From an uncultured Gammaproteobacteria bacterium (GTDB lineage Bacteria; Pseudomonadota; Gammaproteobacteria; UBA9214), in contig CAVYZN010000022.1 in assembly GCA_963773065.1 (NCBI GenBank), positions 1-64,000 on the forward strand: a stretch of 64,000 nucleotides of DNA, in the 5' to 3' direction. The position numbers and the translations under genes were made by a program. Under the pieces are notes generated by a model, which did no database searches, was not told the origin of the DNA, and was given only the letters and a program-made list of their open reading frames with translations. Below, piece after piece: positions 10,293 through 22,622 of the stretch. Positions within the stretch are counted from its first letter, which is position 1, and each line of letters opens with the position of its first letter.

Positions 10293-12020
10293 ATGTTCGC
10301 ACTGCTGAACCTGAATAGACTGCAACGCAAGGTACTAGCCGTCGTCATCGTGATCATCGTGGTCCCCATGCTGATCACGGGCTGGTTCTCGGCATCATGG
10401 ATCGCCGGCCGCGCGGATGAATCCATCGAGCACTGGATTCGTGAAGCGGCGCAGGTGAACAAGTCCTCGCTGGACCGCATCCATGAGAATTCAAGGCTGT
10501 TTGCCGATGTGCTGGAGGAATCGACTGACGGAGTGATGAATCTTAAAGCGGGGCAGTCGCCGGTACCCACGCAACTCTGGAAACTGGCCAATCAGCTCGG
10601 CATCAACCTGGTGCAGCTTTATGACTACAACAACCAACTGATCTATTCTTCGCATCCAATCCGTCTGGCGACTTACTGGAGCCATGGCCAGGACAGCGCG
10701 GTTGTCAAGGTGGATCAGGCAGGCAAGAACCTGCTCGCGGCCATCACCATAGTACGCATCCCGCGCGATCAGCCGCAGCACTACCGGCTGGTGCTGGGGA
10801 CGCTGTTCGACAAGGAACTGTTGAACCACCTGAGCCAGACCAGCGGTCTCAAGACGCGGCTGTTCTATCCGCGTAACGGGGATTTCGCCAAGGCCTTTTC
10901 GGAAGAAGACCAGCCGTTGAAGCTCCGTCTGCCGGCGGCCGCCTTCGACCAACTGAATCAGCGGCAGGCGTACTACAACACGGCGGCCGAAGCCGGCCAG
11001 TACTGGGGTCTGTACACACCGCTGGTCGACGCCACGGGGCAGGTCGAAGCGGTATTGTTCAGCGGTCTGCTACGCCAGAGCAGCGCGCGGCTGCTCACCG
11101 ATCAGGTGTCCCTGACCCTCATGATTACCCTGCTGGGTGTCATCCTGGCGAGCGTGACCGGTATGCTGCTCGGACGCATCGTGGTCCGGCCGGTGGAATA
11201 TCTCCGCGAAGGCGTGATGAAACTGGCGGCCCAGGATTTCCGGGCGTCGATGCCCATTACCAGCCGGGACGAACTCGGCGAACTGGCGCGGGCCTTCAAT
11301 GACATGGCGCAGAGGCTGCGCGAGGCGCGTGACGAACAGCGGCGCGAGTTCCGTCGCGACAAGATCGCCGCCATAGGCGAATTGTCGCTCGCCATGGCCC
11401 ACGAGATCCGCAATCCCATCGGCGTCATCAATACCGCTACCCGACTGATGGAGTCCGCGCAGGACCCCGCCAAACTGGCGGAGCTGCGCCGGATGATCCG
11501 CGAAGAGAGTCTGCGCCTCGACCAGTTGCTCAAGGACTTCCAGCAGCTCGCCCGGCATCGCCGTCCGGAATTCGCGGACATCGATCCACTGGAACCCCTC
11601 GAGGCCGCCTTGCGGGTCATGCTGGCCGGACGCGATGACATCGAGGTGGTGCGGGAGGTGGGCCATGATGATCGCCAGGTACGTGCCGACCGCGAACTGC
11701 TGCGCCAGGCGTGGGTCAACCTGATCCGCAACGCCCTGGAGGCGATGGGTGAGGGACCCGGCAGGCTGGTGATCCGCACGACCCTGGACGACAATACCCT
11801 GTCCGTGTCGTTGCAGGACAGCGGGCCTGGGATCTCGCTGGAGCGGATGACGCAGGTGTTCGAACCCTTTTTCACCACCAAGGAACTCGGCAGCGGACTC
11901 GGGCTTACCATCGCCAGCACCCTGGCCGAGGCCAACGGCGCCAGTCTCGAACTCGTACCGGATGTGGAATCCGGCGCCTGTTTTGCCATGCGATTCCCGA
12001 TCACAGGCGGGGAGGAATGA
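10293..12020 (+). CDS. Membrane sensor histidine kinase with HAMP domain
   Basis: Two TM segments, HAMP (RDELGELARAFNDM), H-box MAHEIRNP, NLIRNALEA, DSGPG and GSGLGL. Confidence 0.92.
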   Translation: MFALLNLNRLQRKVLAVVIVIIVVPMLITGWFSASWIAGRADESIEHWIREAAQVNKSSLDRIHENSRLFADVLEESTDGVMNLKAGQSPVPTQLWKLANQLGINLVQLYDYNNQLIYSSHPIRLATYWSHGQDSAVVKVDQAGKNLLAAITIVRIPRDQPQHYRLVLGTLFDKELLNHLSQTSGLKTRLFYPRNGDFAKAFSEEDQPLKLRLPAAAFDQLNQRQAYYNTAAEAGQYWGLYTPLVDATGQVEAVLFSGLLRQSSARLLTDQVSLTLMITLLGVILASVTGMLLGRIVVRPVEYLREGVMKLAAQDFRASMPITSRDELGELARAFNDMAQRLREARDEQRREFRRDKIAAIGELSLAMAHEIRNPIGVINTATRLMESAQDPAKLAELRRMIREESLRLDQLLKDFQQLARHRRPEFADIDPLEPLEAALRVMLAGRDDIEVVREVGHDDRQVRADRELLRQAWVNLIRNALEAMGEGPGRLVIRTTLDDNTLSVSLQDSGPGISLERMTQVFEPFFTTKELGSGLGLTIASTLAEANGASLELVPDVESGACFAMRFPITGGEE

Positions 12021-13417
12021 TGCAGCGCACGGTACTGGTCGTCGACGATGAGCGCAACATGCTCACGGTCATGCGCATGACGCTGGAGGAGGCCGGGTAT
12101 CGCGTACTGACGGCGGAGCGCGCCGAGGACGCGGTCGGCTTGCTGCGTGATCCGGATATCGACGTGGTGTTGACCGATCTCAAGATGCCGGGCATGAGCG
12201 GGGAGGACTTCGTCAGGCGCAGTCAACAGGATCGCCCCGATGTACCCATCATCGTCGTCACGGCATTTGGATCGATCCGCTCGGCGATCGAATGCATACA
12301 GGCGGGCGCGATCGATTATCTGTGCAAACCCTTCGAGCCGGAGGACCTGCAAGTCACCGTGCAGAATGCGCTCCGCCTGCACGATCTGCTCCAGGAAAAC
12401 CGCCAGTTGCACGCCGTGGTCAGCACGGCGCAGTCAGGCCAGCGCCTTATCGGCGCCAGCCCCGCCATGCAACGGCTGCGCGAGGATATCGAGCGGGTGG
12501 CGCCCTATAAGACCAATGTGCTGATCACAGGCGAAAGCGGTACGGGGAAGGAGGCGGTGGCGCGTCTCATCCATGAACTGGGACCGCGCAACGAACGCCC
12601 CTGGGTAGCCATTAACTGCGCAGCCATCCCCCGAGATCTCATCGAAAGCGAGTTGTTCGGTTATGCCAAAGGGGCCTTCACAGGCGCCGTGCAAAGCCGC
12701 ATGGGCCGCCTGGAACAGGCGCACGGCGGCACCCTGTTTCTGGATGAGATCGGCGATCTGAGCCAGGATATGCAGGCCAAGCTGCTGCGGGTGCTGCAGG
12801 AACGCGAGTTCTCGCCCCTGGGCAGCGAATCCACGCGCCGGGTCGACGTACGCGTCATCTCGGCGACCAACCGCGATCTGCATCAGCTCGTGACGGAGGG
12901 AGTGTTCCGCGACGATCTGCTGTACCGCCTGGACGTTTACAACATCCACATCCCGCCGCTGCGCGAACGCGGCGGTGATATTCCGCTGCTGGCGCAGTCC
13001 TTCCTCAACGACTTGCGGGCGGAAATGGACAAACCGGTGACGCGGTTTTCCGATGCCGCCCTGGCGGTGCTGTCGCGTTATGATTGGCCGGGTAACGTGC
13101 GCGAATTGCGCAACGCGGTGGAACGCTCGCTGCTGAGTTGCCGAACGGACACCATCGGTATCGACGATCTCCCGGACAAGGTCACCGGAGGCGGCCTGTC
13201 AATCCGGCGGCACACCGTCGGGCCGACGCAACTGGGTGCGGACGGCCTTGACGCCTGGTTGGAGGAGGCGGAACGCACACTGATTACCGGCGCGCTGACC
13301 GAGTGCGGCGGCATCCAGGTGCAGGCGGCGCGGCGGCTTGGCATCAGCGAACGCAGTTTGTGGCATCGACTGAAGAAACTGGGCATACAGGTCGAGCGCA
13401 TCGTGCAGCGCGAATGA
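12017..13417 (+). CDS. Sigma-54-dependent response regulator (NtrC/AtoC family)
   Basis: Receiver domain, [35 protein letters not shown] and a Fis-type HTH. Confidence 0.95.
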   Translation: MMQRTVLVVDDERNMLTVMRMTLEEAGYRVLTAERAEDAVGLLRDPDIDVVLTDLKMPGMSGEDFVRRSQQDRPDVPIIVVTAFGSIRSAIECIQAGAIDYLCKPFEPEDLQVTVQNALRLHDLLQENRQLHAVVSTAQSGQRLIGASPAMQRLREDIERVAPYKTNVLITGESGTGKEAVARLIHELGPRNERPWVAINCAAIPRDLIESELFGYAKGAFTGAVQSRMGRLEQAHGGTLFLDEIGDLSQDMQAKLLRVLQEREFSPLGSESTRRVDVRVISATNRDLHQLVTEGVFRDDLLYRLDVYNIHIPPLRERGGDIPLLAQSFLNDLRAEMDKPVTRFSDAALAVLSRYDWPGNVRELRNAVERSLLSCRTDTIGIDDLPDKVTGGGLSIRRHTVGPTQLGADGLDAWLEEAERTLITGALTECGGIQVQAARRLGISERSLWHRLKKLGIQVERIVQRE

Positions 13418-13442
13418 AGCGCACCGGCATAACTGCAGGGAT

Positions 13443-13485
13443 GCACGACTACAGGGACGATGCACAGGGAAGTGCAAGTGTCGCA
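13443..13485. repeat. Dispersed ~40-bp repeat, copy 2
   Basis: gcacgactacagggacgatgcacagggaagtgcaagtgtcgca, near-identical to 6233-6273 and 44525-44558. Confidence 0.75.
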
Positions 13486-13723
13486 AGAGGCGCAGGCGGT
13501 CCTCACGCTGCCTGCGCCAGACCGGGTAAACAAAGCCAATAGCGGCAATGATGCCGGATCAGTCTCGACACCCCGTCAACTGGTTTCATGGCGGCAAGGG
13601 GCAGTTGCCATACTGCATCCCGCGCGGCAATGATTTGCTTATGGCTAGAGCGGGTTCGGCGGTAGAATAGCGCACCAGCACTCCTGAAACCCACTTCTTT
13701 TACTCCCAGAACCCAGTACCCTT

Positions 13724-15180
13724 ATGACAAGCACCCAACCAAAACGCCCTGAACTGCGCAAGACCAAGATCGTCGCCACCATCGGGCCGGCCTGCGATAC
13801 ACCGGAGATGCTCACCGCCATGATCGAGGCCGGCATGACCGTGGCGCGCCTCAACCTATCCCATGGCACCCACGCCGAGCACAAGGAACGCATCGACCGC
13901 CTGCGCGCCGCCGCCCAGAAGGCCGGTGCGCACGTCGCCATCATGATCGATACCCGGGGCATCGAGATACGCACCAAAAAACTATCGAACGGCAGCGCCG
14001 AACTCGCCCCCGGCGCCACGTTCACCCTCTACACCGATGATCGCCTCGGCGATGCCACGGGAGCGGCGATAACCTACCGGAAGCTACCGGAAGAAGTCCG
14101 GGCGGGCACCCCGATCCTGCTCGATGACGGGGCAATCGAACTGGAAGTCAGATCGGTCGCGGACGGCGCCATCGTCTGCCGTGTGGTCCATGGCGGACGG
14201 CTCGGCAACAACAAGAGCGTCAATCTGCCCGAGACCCGCCTGGCCCTCAGCGCGGTCAGCCCGGAGAACCGCGAGGACGTGGTCAGAGAGTTGAGCTTTG
14301 CCAGAGAGAATGACGTGGACTACATTGCGGCTTCCTTCATCCAGTCCGCCGACGATATCCACAAGATGCGGGAGATCCTCACCGAACACGGGGTTACCAT
14401 TCCCATCATCGCCAAGATCGAAAATAAGGCCGGGGTGGCCAACCTGGACGAAATCGTCGAGGCCGCCGACGGCGTCATGGTCGCCCGCGGCGACCTGGGC
14501 GTGGAACTGCCGCTCGCCGATGTTCCCAGCACCCAGAAGAAGATCATCCGCATGACCGTCAGCAACGGCAAACCGGTGATCACCGCCACGCAGATGCTGG
14601 CCTCCATGGAGCACAATCCGAAACCGACCCGCGCCGAGGCCAGTGACGTGGCCAATGCGATCCTGGACGGTACCTCCGCGGTGATGCTCTCGGGCGAGAC
14701 CGCAGCCGGAAAATATCCCCTGCAGGCGGTGAAGACCATGGCGACGGTGGCCCTGCGGGCCGAGGCCTCGCTGAGTGAATACGGCTACCTGCAGAAAATC
14801 AAGCCCAACCCTTCCAATGTGGTGACCGAGGCGGTGAGCCAGGCAACCGTCACCATGACGAACCACCTCAAGGCGGCGGCCATCATCAGCCTCACCGAGA
14901 CCGGCTTCACCTCGCGCCAGATCTCGAAATACCGGCCGTACTGCCCGATCCTGGCCATCACTTCCTCGCCCGTGGTGGCGCGCAAGCTGTCGATCAACTG
15001 GGGGTGATACCCGTGCTCTACGATGGCGAACCCACGGACAACGCCCGCATCGCCTTCGCGATCGCGCGCGCCCGGGAACTGCTGAACGTCGGCGCCGGCG
15101 ACATCCTGGTGGTGACGGCCGGCCAGCACCAAAAGGCCGGCGGCACCGATCTGATCCGGGTCATCACGCTGGAAAATTAA
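13724..15180 (+). CDS. pyk: Pyruvate kinase, frameshift near 15000
   Basis: RKTKIVATIGPA, IIAKIEN, MVARGDLGVE, ITATQML and VMLSGETA. The C-terminal domain continues in the shifted frame to TAA at 15178-15180. Confidence 0.95.
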
Positions 15181-15200
15181 GAAACATCTGAGTAAGTCAA

Positions 15201-15330
15201 CCCCGCGAAAGCGGGGATCCAGGACTTCACTGATTCTGCACAGACTGGATTATTCGCTTCGCTCACCCTTCGGGCCGCCCTCTGGGCGTTCAACGCGCTG
15301 CGCGCTTTTGTCCCGCTTTCGCGGTAATGA
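15201..15330. repeat. REP-like palindrome with a 60-bp insert in its right arm
   Basis: Left arm ccccgcgaaagcggggatccag. Right arm ctggat [15251-15310] tcccgctttcgcgg. Confidence 0.7.
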
Positions 15331-15390
15331 CAGGTTTAATCAGAACGTCACCCTGGATTTCCCGCCTGGCGTTGCACGGAGCGACTCCCT

Positions 15391-16229
15391 TCAGTCTTGC
15401 AGCGCCCGTGCATGATAAGCCAGGTGCTCGCCGATGAAGCTGGCGATGAAGTGATAGCTGTGGTCGTAGCCCTCCTGCCAGCGCAGGGCAAGCGGGAAAT
15501 CATGACGGGCGCAGACCGCCTCCAGGTTGCGCGGATAAAGCTGCTCGGCAAGAAATTCATCCGCGGTGCCCTGATCGATCAATAGGGGCATGGGCTCTGC
15601 GCCCCGCCTCGATGAGGCAGGTCGCATCCCAGGCTTCCCAGTCCTCGCGCCGCTCGCCCAGGTAAGCGGTGAAGCAACCCTCGCCCCAGCCGCTTCTGAC
15701 CGGGTTGCAGATCGGCGCGAAGGCGGACACCGAGCGGTAGGCGCCGCGGATTTTTCAGAGCGCAGAGGAGCGCGCCATGGCCTCCCATGGAATGCCCGGT
15801 GACGGACTTCACGCCGGGGATGAGCGGCAGGCCGGCCTCGACCAGCGCCGGCAGTTCCCGGGTGACGTAGTCGTACATGTGGTAGTGCGCCGACCAGGGC
15901 GCTTGGGTGGCGTTGACGTAGAAGCCCGCCCCCTGGCCGAGGTCGTAGCGCTCCTTGACATCGGGCACCTCCGTCCCGCGCGGGCTGGTGTCCGGGATGA
16001 CGAGCGCAAGCCCGAGTTCGGCCGCGTAGCGCTGCGCGCCGGCCTTGACGCGGAAATTGTCGTCCGTGCAGGTCAGACCGGACAGCCAGTACACCGCCGG
16101 CACCCGGCGCGACTGCGCCTGCGGCGGCAGGTAGACGGAAAAGGTCATGGCGCAGTGGCAGCTCTCCGAGGCATGCCGGTAGCGCTCCAGCCAGCCGCCA
16201 AATTCCCGGATGCGTTCGATGCGTTCCAT
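15391..16229 (-). CDS. fghA: S-formylglutathione hydrolase (frameshifted)
   Basis: YWLSGLTCTDDNF, PDTSPRG, GHSMGGHGAL, IDQGTADEFL and GYDHSYHFIASFIGEHL spread across frames. Confidence 0.92.
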
Positions 16230-16240
16230 GGTCAGGGCTT

Positions 16241-17352
<1,112 letters not shown>

Positions 17353-17540
17353 CAGTCATTCCTCCCGTGAAAAGTCACGTAGTCTACCACCCGCCGTTCC
17401 CGGAATTCGAACCGTTGCCTTTCTCCCCTCGCAAACGCTCCATCGACGACTTTGCCAGGCGCTTACGGTTGTGTCGAAACGGGGACGGCATTTCCGGGGT
17501 CGTCAACCATGCTATGACACAAATGCGCGGAGTAATCCGG

Positions 17541-18384
17541 CTACTCACCCGCCAGTTCCACGATGCGATAAATCGGCTCTCCCGTGTCTGAAACGAGAGG
17601 CGCGAAACAGTCGAGCGCCGCACGCACCTCATCCCGCAGTTTCCACGGCGGGTTGACCACAATCATGCCGGCACCCGTCATCCCTCTGCCGTTGTGCTTC
17701 GAGGTGAGGCAGACCTCGTAGAGGTGTATGCGGCGCATGCCGCTGTTGATAAAAGCCGCTTCCAGTGCCTTCACGCGATGAGGTTCCACCAGCGGATACC
17801 ACAGGGCATAGACACCGGTCGCAAAACGCCTGTGCAGGGCCTGAACATGGGCGGCTACCCGGGCGTAGTCGTGCTTGATTTCGTAGGAGGGGTCAAGGAG
17901 TACCAGAGCGCGTCTTTCAAGCGGAGGAATCAGCGCAAGGCTGCGATCGAAGCCGTCCTCGAAGTGGCAGCAGACGCGCCTGTCCTTCTCAAAAAGCCGC
18001 TGCAGGCGCGGAAAATCCTGCGGGTGTAGCTCGCACAGATCCAGCCGATCCTGCGTGCGCAGCACTCGCCGGGCGAACCAGGGAGAACCGGGGTAATGTC
18101 GCAGGGCATCGCCCGCATTGCATTCCGCCACCAGCTCACCGATAAGCGGCCAAGGCCACGGGGAGATCATTACGCCCCCAGAGCATCCCGATGCCGTTGC
18201 GGTATTCACCGGTCGTGCCGGCTTCCGCGGAATCCAGACGATAAACGCCCGCACCGGCATGGGTGTCGATATAACGAACCGGAGCCGGTTTTTGTGTCAG
18301 ATGGGCAAGGATGCGGCACACGACCAGGTGTTTCAGGACATCGGCATAGTTGCCGGCGTGAAAGGCATGACGATAGCTAAGCAT
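17541..18384 (-). CDS. rlmJ: 23S rRNA m6A2030 methyltransferase (frameshift near 18150)
   Basis: MLSYRHAFHAGNYADVLKH, YIDTHAGAG, YPGSP, LLDPSYE and VVNPPW. Confidence 0.95.
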
Positions 18385-18643
18385 ACCGGGTTGGCTCACA
18401 CTGACGGGATTCCAGGGCGGGAGTTCACGCCTGCGATCCCGCAGATTGTATACCTGTCTTCACCGGGTCGCGCCGGATCGCGGTCGAAGCAACCGCGACG
18501 GGCATATGGGCAAGACGCAAGACGCGGGCATACCGTCCCGGGTTTGCCATGTCCGGCTGCTGGCCGCGCGGGTGCCGAACCTCGCCCATGAGGTAATGGC
18601 CTGAATGTGCCATATGCCCACGACACCCGGTCCTTGGGCACGG

Positions 18644-18714
18644 AGGCCGGCAATGACTCTATAATCGGGCGCCTTATCCGTCACCCCACGGTAATTCCCA
18701 TGACCGCCATCGGC
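18644..18714 (+). repeat. Degenerate copy of the purT promoter and first codons
   Basis: 71-bp ungapped match (61/71 by manual alignment) to 20125-20195, including TATAAT and ATGACCGCCATCGGC. Confidence 0.85.
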
Positions 18715-18755
18715 CCCCAGTGGATCGAATTCCTGCGGCAGTCCGGGTCGTCGCT

Positions 18756-19787
18756 CTAATCGCCCGTTTGTTCGGTCAGGGTGACCTCGAGATTCAGGAT
18801 GCTGGTGCGGCGCAGCACGCTCAGCGTTACGGCGGTACCGAGCGGCGAGTTGCCGAGCGCGCGATGCAAATCGTCCACGGACAGCACCGGTTTGCCATTC
18901 ACCGCCAGCACCACATCGCCGCTGTGCAAACCGGCCGCGGCGGCGGGCCCGTTGGCCTCCAGCGACATCACCTCCACGACGCGCGTCTGCTCGATCTCGA
19001 GCATGCGCGCCAGGCGGCGATCGAGCGCACGCTCGCGTGCGGCGATGCCCAGATAACCGCGCCGCACGCGTCCGTGCTGAAGTATCTGTGACAGTACCCA
19101 GTGCGCGGTATTGGCGGGGATCGCGAAACCGAGGCCCTGCGCCATGGCGATAATGGCGGTATTGATGCCGACCGCCTTGCCGTGCGAGTCGAGCAGCGGA
19201 CCGCCGGAGTTGCCGGGATTGAGCGGCGCGGTGTGCTGCACGATGTTCTCGATCAGGCGCCCGCTTTCGGAACGCATCGCGCGCCCGAGCGCGCTGACCA
19301 CGCCGGTGGACACGCTCGATTCGAAACCGAGCGGGTTGCCCATGGCGATGACGAGCTGGCCGACGCGCAGCCGGCTCGAATCGCCGAGCGAGGCGTACGG
19401 CAGCCCCGCGGCTTGCGCCCGGATCACTGCCAGATCGGTTGCGGCGTCGCCGCCGATGACGGCGGCCGGGAAGTCCGAACCGTCGGTGAGCTTTACCGCA
19501 ACCCGGTTGGCGCCGTTGACCACGTGGTGGTTGGTGAGGATATAGCCGTCCGGCGCGACGATCACACCCGAGCCGGCGCCGTGTTGCTCACCGCGCCGCG
19601 TGGATTTTTCCACGTCGATATTCACCACCGCCGGGCCGACGGTATCGACCACGTTGATGACCGCGCGCGAATAGGCGTCGAGCAATTCGGTATCGGCGGT
19701 GCTGGTGGTGCGCATGCCCGACGCCCGATCGACATTGCCGCCGGCGTCGTTACCAACCAGAAGGGGAAGCCAACGTTTTTGTTTCAT
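18756..19787 (-). CDS. HtrA/DegP-like serine protease with one PDZ domain
   Basis: Catalytic triad contexts ILTNHHVV, TDLAVI and NPGNSGGPL. PDZ region GYLGI...PAAAAGLHSGDVV. Confidence 0.9.
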   Translation of the reverse strand: MKQKRWLPLLVGNDAGGNVDRASGMRTTSTADTELLDAYSRAVINVVDTVGPAVVNIDVEKSTRRGEQHGAGSGVIVAPDGYILTNHHVVNGANRVAVKLTDGSDFPAAVIGGDAATDLAVIRAQAAGLPYASLGDSSRLRVGQLVIAMGNPLGFESSVSTGVVSALGRAMRSESGRLIENIVQHTAPLNPGNSGGPLLDSHGKAVGINTAIIAMAQGLGFAIPANTAHWVLSQILQHGRVRRGYLGIAARERALDRRLARMLEIEQTRVVEVMSLEANGPAAAAGLHSGDVVLAVNGKPVLSVDDLHRALGNSPLGTAVTLSVLRRTSILNLEVTLTEQTGD

Positions 19788-20180
19788 GATTTATCAATGT
19801 CGGGGCGCGAACGCCGATTTTCAAATCGGTGCAAGTACAAGTCCCTGATTTGCCTGTGGCAATAAAAACCGCATCCGCGGCCTTTGTTGCGCGCGAAACG
19901 GCAGATCGTTCGAGGAACCTTGCTGAGCAAGTGGCAACTTCATCATCCCGGCGACAGCCGGTATCCCGCATCGTCCTGATGACCGAATGGGTGAAGTTGT
20001 AGCGTAGCGCGCATAGAGCACCCTGCTTCCCGCGTTCGGCGCTGGCTGCGCATGAGCCGATAATCGTCCATTAGACAAGGCATGTAGGCGCAGTACAGCC
20101 ACGGCAATCATCCCTTTAACGCCAAGGCCGGTGATTACTCTATAATCGGGCGCCTGACACGCCACCCCAAGGTGATCCCC

Positions 20181-21362
20181 ATGACCGCCATCGGCACTCC
20201 CCTCTCCCCTTCCGCGACGCGCGTGCTGTTCTGCGGCGGCGGCGAACTCGGCAAGGAAGTGGTGATCGAACTGCAAAGACTCGGTGTGGAGGTGATCGTC
20301 GTCGATCGCTACCGCAATGCTCCCGCCATGCAGGTGGCGCATCGCAGCTATGCGATCTCCATGCTGGATGGCGCGGCCCTGCGTGCCGTGATCGAGCAGG
20401 AAAGACCCGACTATATCGTCCCCGAAATCGAGGCCATCGCCACGGACGCCCTGGTGGCGCTGGAAGCGCAAGGTTATACCGTGATACCGACGGCCCGCGC
20501 GGCGCGCCTGACCATGAACCGCGAGGGCATACGTCGCCTGGCCGCGGAGGACCTGGGCATCAAGACATCGCCCTACCGCTTTGCCGGCACCCGCGGGGAA
20601 TTCGACCAGGCCGTCGCGGAAATCGGTCTGCCCTGCGTGGTGAAGCCCATCATGAGTTCCTCCGGCAAGGGCCAGAGCACCGTTGCCGGGCCGGCAGATA
20701 TCAATCCGGCCTGGGAGTACGCTCAGGCCGGCGGCCGCGGCGGCGCCGGCAAGGTGATCGTCGAGGGCTTCGTGGATTTCGATTTCGAGATCACGCAGCT
20801 CACTTTGCGCCACGCGGGCGGCACCAGCTTCTGCGAACCGATCGGTCATGTGCAGATTAACGGCGACTATCGCCAGTCATGGCAGCCCCAGCCCATGAGC
20901 GAGACGGCGCTGGAGACGGCGCGCGCCATCGCCGGCACGATCACCGGCGCACTCGGAGGCCGCGGCATCTTCGGCGTGGAGTTGTTCATCAAGGGTGATG
21001 AGGTCATCTTCAGCGAGGTCTCGCCGCGGCCACATGATACCGGCATGGTCACCCTGATCTCCCAGGACCTGTCGCAATTCGCTTTGCACGCCCGCGCCAT
21101 ACTCGGCCTGCCGGTACCGAATATCCATTTCCACGGACCGTCCGCCTCCAGCGTCATCCTCGTCGAAGGCGAATCGACACAGGTGAGCTACGGCAATCTG
21201 GAAGCCGTACTCAAGGCGCCTGACACGCAACTGCGCCTGTTCGGAAAACCCGATGTCAGCGGCTACCGCCGCATGGGTGTGGCGCTGGCGCGGGGCGAGT
21301 CCGTCGAAGCGGCGCTGCAGAAGGCCAGGCGGGCTTCGGAAGCGGTAGTAATTACCCTCTAG
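20181..21362 (+). CDS. purT: Formate-dependent phosphoribosylglycinamide formyltransferase
   Basis: [38 protein letters not shown] and RLFGKP...RRMGVALA. Confidence 0.97.
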   Translation: MTAIGTPLSPSATRVLFCGGGELGKEVVIELQRLGVEVIVVDRYRNAPAMQVAHRSYAISMLDGAALRAVIEQERPDYIVPEIEAIATDALVALEAQGYTVIPTARAARLTMNREGIRRLAAEDLGIKTSPYRFAGTRGEFDQAVAEIGLPCVVKPIMSSSGKGQSTVAGPADINPAWEYAQAGGRGGAGKVIVEGFVDFDFEITQLTLRHAGGTSFCEPIGHVQINGDYRQSWQPQPMSETALETARAIAGTITGALGGRGIFGVELFIKGDEVIFSEVSPRPHDTGMVTLISQDLSQFALHARAILGLPVPNIHFHGPSASSVILVEGESTQVSYGNLEAVLKAPDTQLRLFGKPDVSGYRRMGVALARGESVEAALQKARRASEAVVITL

Positions 21363-21555
21363 CCCCGGGAACAGATCCCGGGCGTCCACCCTCGACGCCA
21401 CGGTCCGGTCCTCACCGACGGCGGCCGGGGTGGAGTGATGCATGTTGCGCCGTCAATTCGGGTGAATCGCCGGCACGCCTTGTTAAGAATCGATAGGCAT
21501 ACCGAGTGTGCCATGGTCTGGCAGCAAGCACTGGGCATATGGATCATCTTTATAT

Positions 21556-21584
21556 TTGACGCCGTATCCGACAAGTGCGATAAG
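21556..21584 (+). promoter_or_regulatory. Putative sigma-70 promoter upstream of Gly-Tyr protein 1
   Basis: TTGACG-N17-GATAAG with TG extension. The same layout recurs at 25628-25656. Confidence 0.5.
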
Positions 21585-21681
21585 GTTAATCGGTCTGCCT
21601 GCCGGCGATAGTGACGTTGAGTCTGCGTTATCTATACTTAGACGGCAGCGACACTTGAATAACTAGACAGAGGATTAGCAT

Positions 21682-22237
21682 ATGCGAAACAAGGCAATAA
21701 AATTCAGTGCGGTTATTGTGACATCCAGTCTACTGCTTGCCGGTACCGCCCATGCGTTTGATATGGGCAACATGATGAGCCCATCCAAATGGATGGGCGG
21801 CAACAAAGACAATGATCGCAACGATGATTACGGCGGTCCCGGCGGCTATGGCGGTGGTCCCGGCTATGGCGGTGGTCGGCTATGGCGGTGGTCCCGGCTA
21901 TGGCGGTTATGGCGGTGGTCCCGGCTACGGCGGCGGTGGACCCGGCGGTTATGGCGGTGGACCCGGCGGTTATGGCGGTGGACCCGGCGGCTACGGCGGT
22001 GACACCGGCTACGGCGGCGGTGGTCCCGGCTACGGCGGCGCTCCCGGCTACGGCGGCGCTCCCGGCTATGGCGGCGCTCCCGGCTACGGCGGCGCTCCCG
22101 GTTATGGCGGCGCTCCCGCTTACAGCGCGCCGGCAGCGGGTTCCAGTTCCGCTTCTGATGCAGCGGAAATCGAACGCCTGAAGGCGCGCATCAAAAAGCT
22201 GGAAGAAAACAACCAATGGGCAAAACCAACCCGTTAA
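21682..22237 (+). CDS. Secreted Gly/Tyr/Pro repeat protein 1 (sulfur-globule-protein-like), frameshift near 21875
   Basis: Signal peptide ending AHA, then FDMGNMMSPSKW. GPGGYGG and PGYGGA repeats, and a C-terminal coiled coil (EIERLKARIKKLEE). Confidence 0.75.
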
Positions 22238-22241
22238 TAAG

Positions 22242-22278
22242 AAAGCGGGGCTGGTTGACCACCAGCCCCGCTTTTTTT
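22242..22278 (+). terminator. Rho-independent terminator
   Basis: aaagcggggctggt - loop - accagccccgcttt followed by a T-run, immediately after the stop codon. Confidence 0.85.
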
Positions 22279-22329
22279 CAGCTTCGAGAAACAAAGTACT
22301 CTCAACCGGCAGGCTTCTGCCCAACGGGG

Positions 22330-22570
22330 CGCATATCATTCCCATTTCCTGTTCAGGATTGCTGATGCTACGCGCCCGTAGATGCTTCCGTTCACCGGTC
22401 AGATGCACCGGATCCAGGGGAATACTAAGGCCAATGGACACATCAGAACACAACGGCATGAAATCGACAAAGCGGTCCAGCGTGTTGGCCAACCAGTCAT
22501 GCCGTTTGTGAAGACCGTCGTAGCGCACCTCCTGGCCCAGCAGGCAACTGCTTAGGACTAGTTGTGGGTG
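22330..22570 (-). pseudogene. DUF523 (2-thiouracil desulfurase-like) N-terminal fragment
   Basis: SSCLLGQEVRYDG.HK...FMPLCSDVSIGL. The usual CPE motif reads CSD and homology ends early. Boundaries are approximate. Confidence 0.65.
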
Positions 22571-22622
22571 GACGTATACGATGCGCCCGAAATCAGGGCT
22601 GTGCATTGCCCTCGTCAGTCGA

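Noticed and set aside
21830-22120. 18-21-bp tandem repeats as a CRISPR array or VNTR
   Set aside because: There are no unique spacers or cas genes. Unit lengths are multiples of 3 with third-position variation, so they encode Gly-Tyr-Pro repeats.
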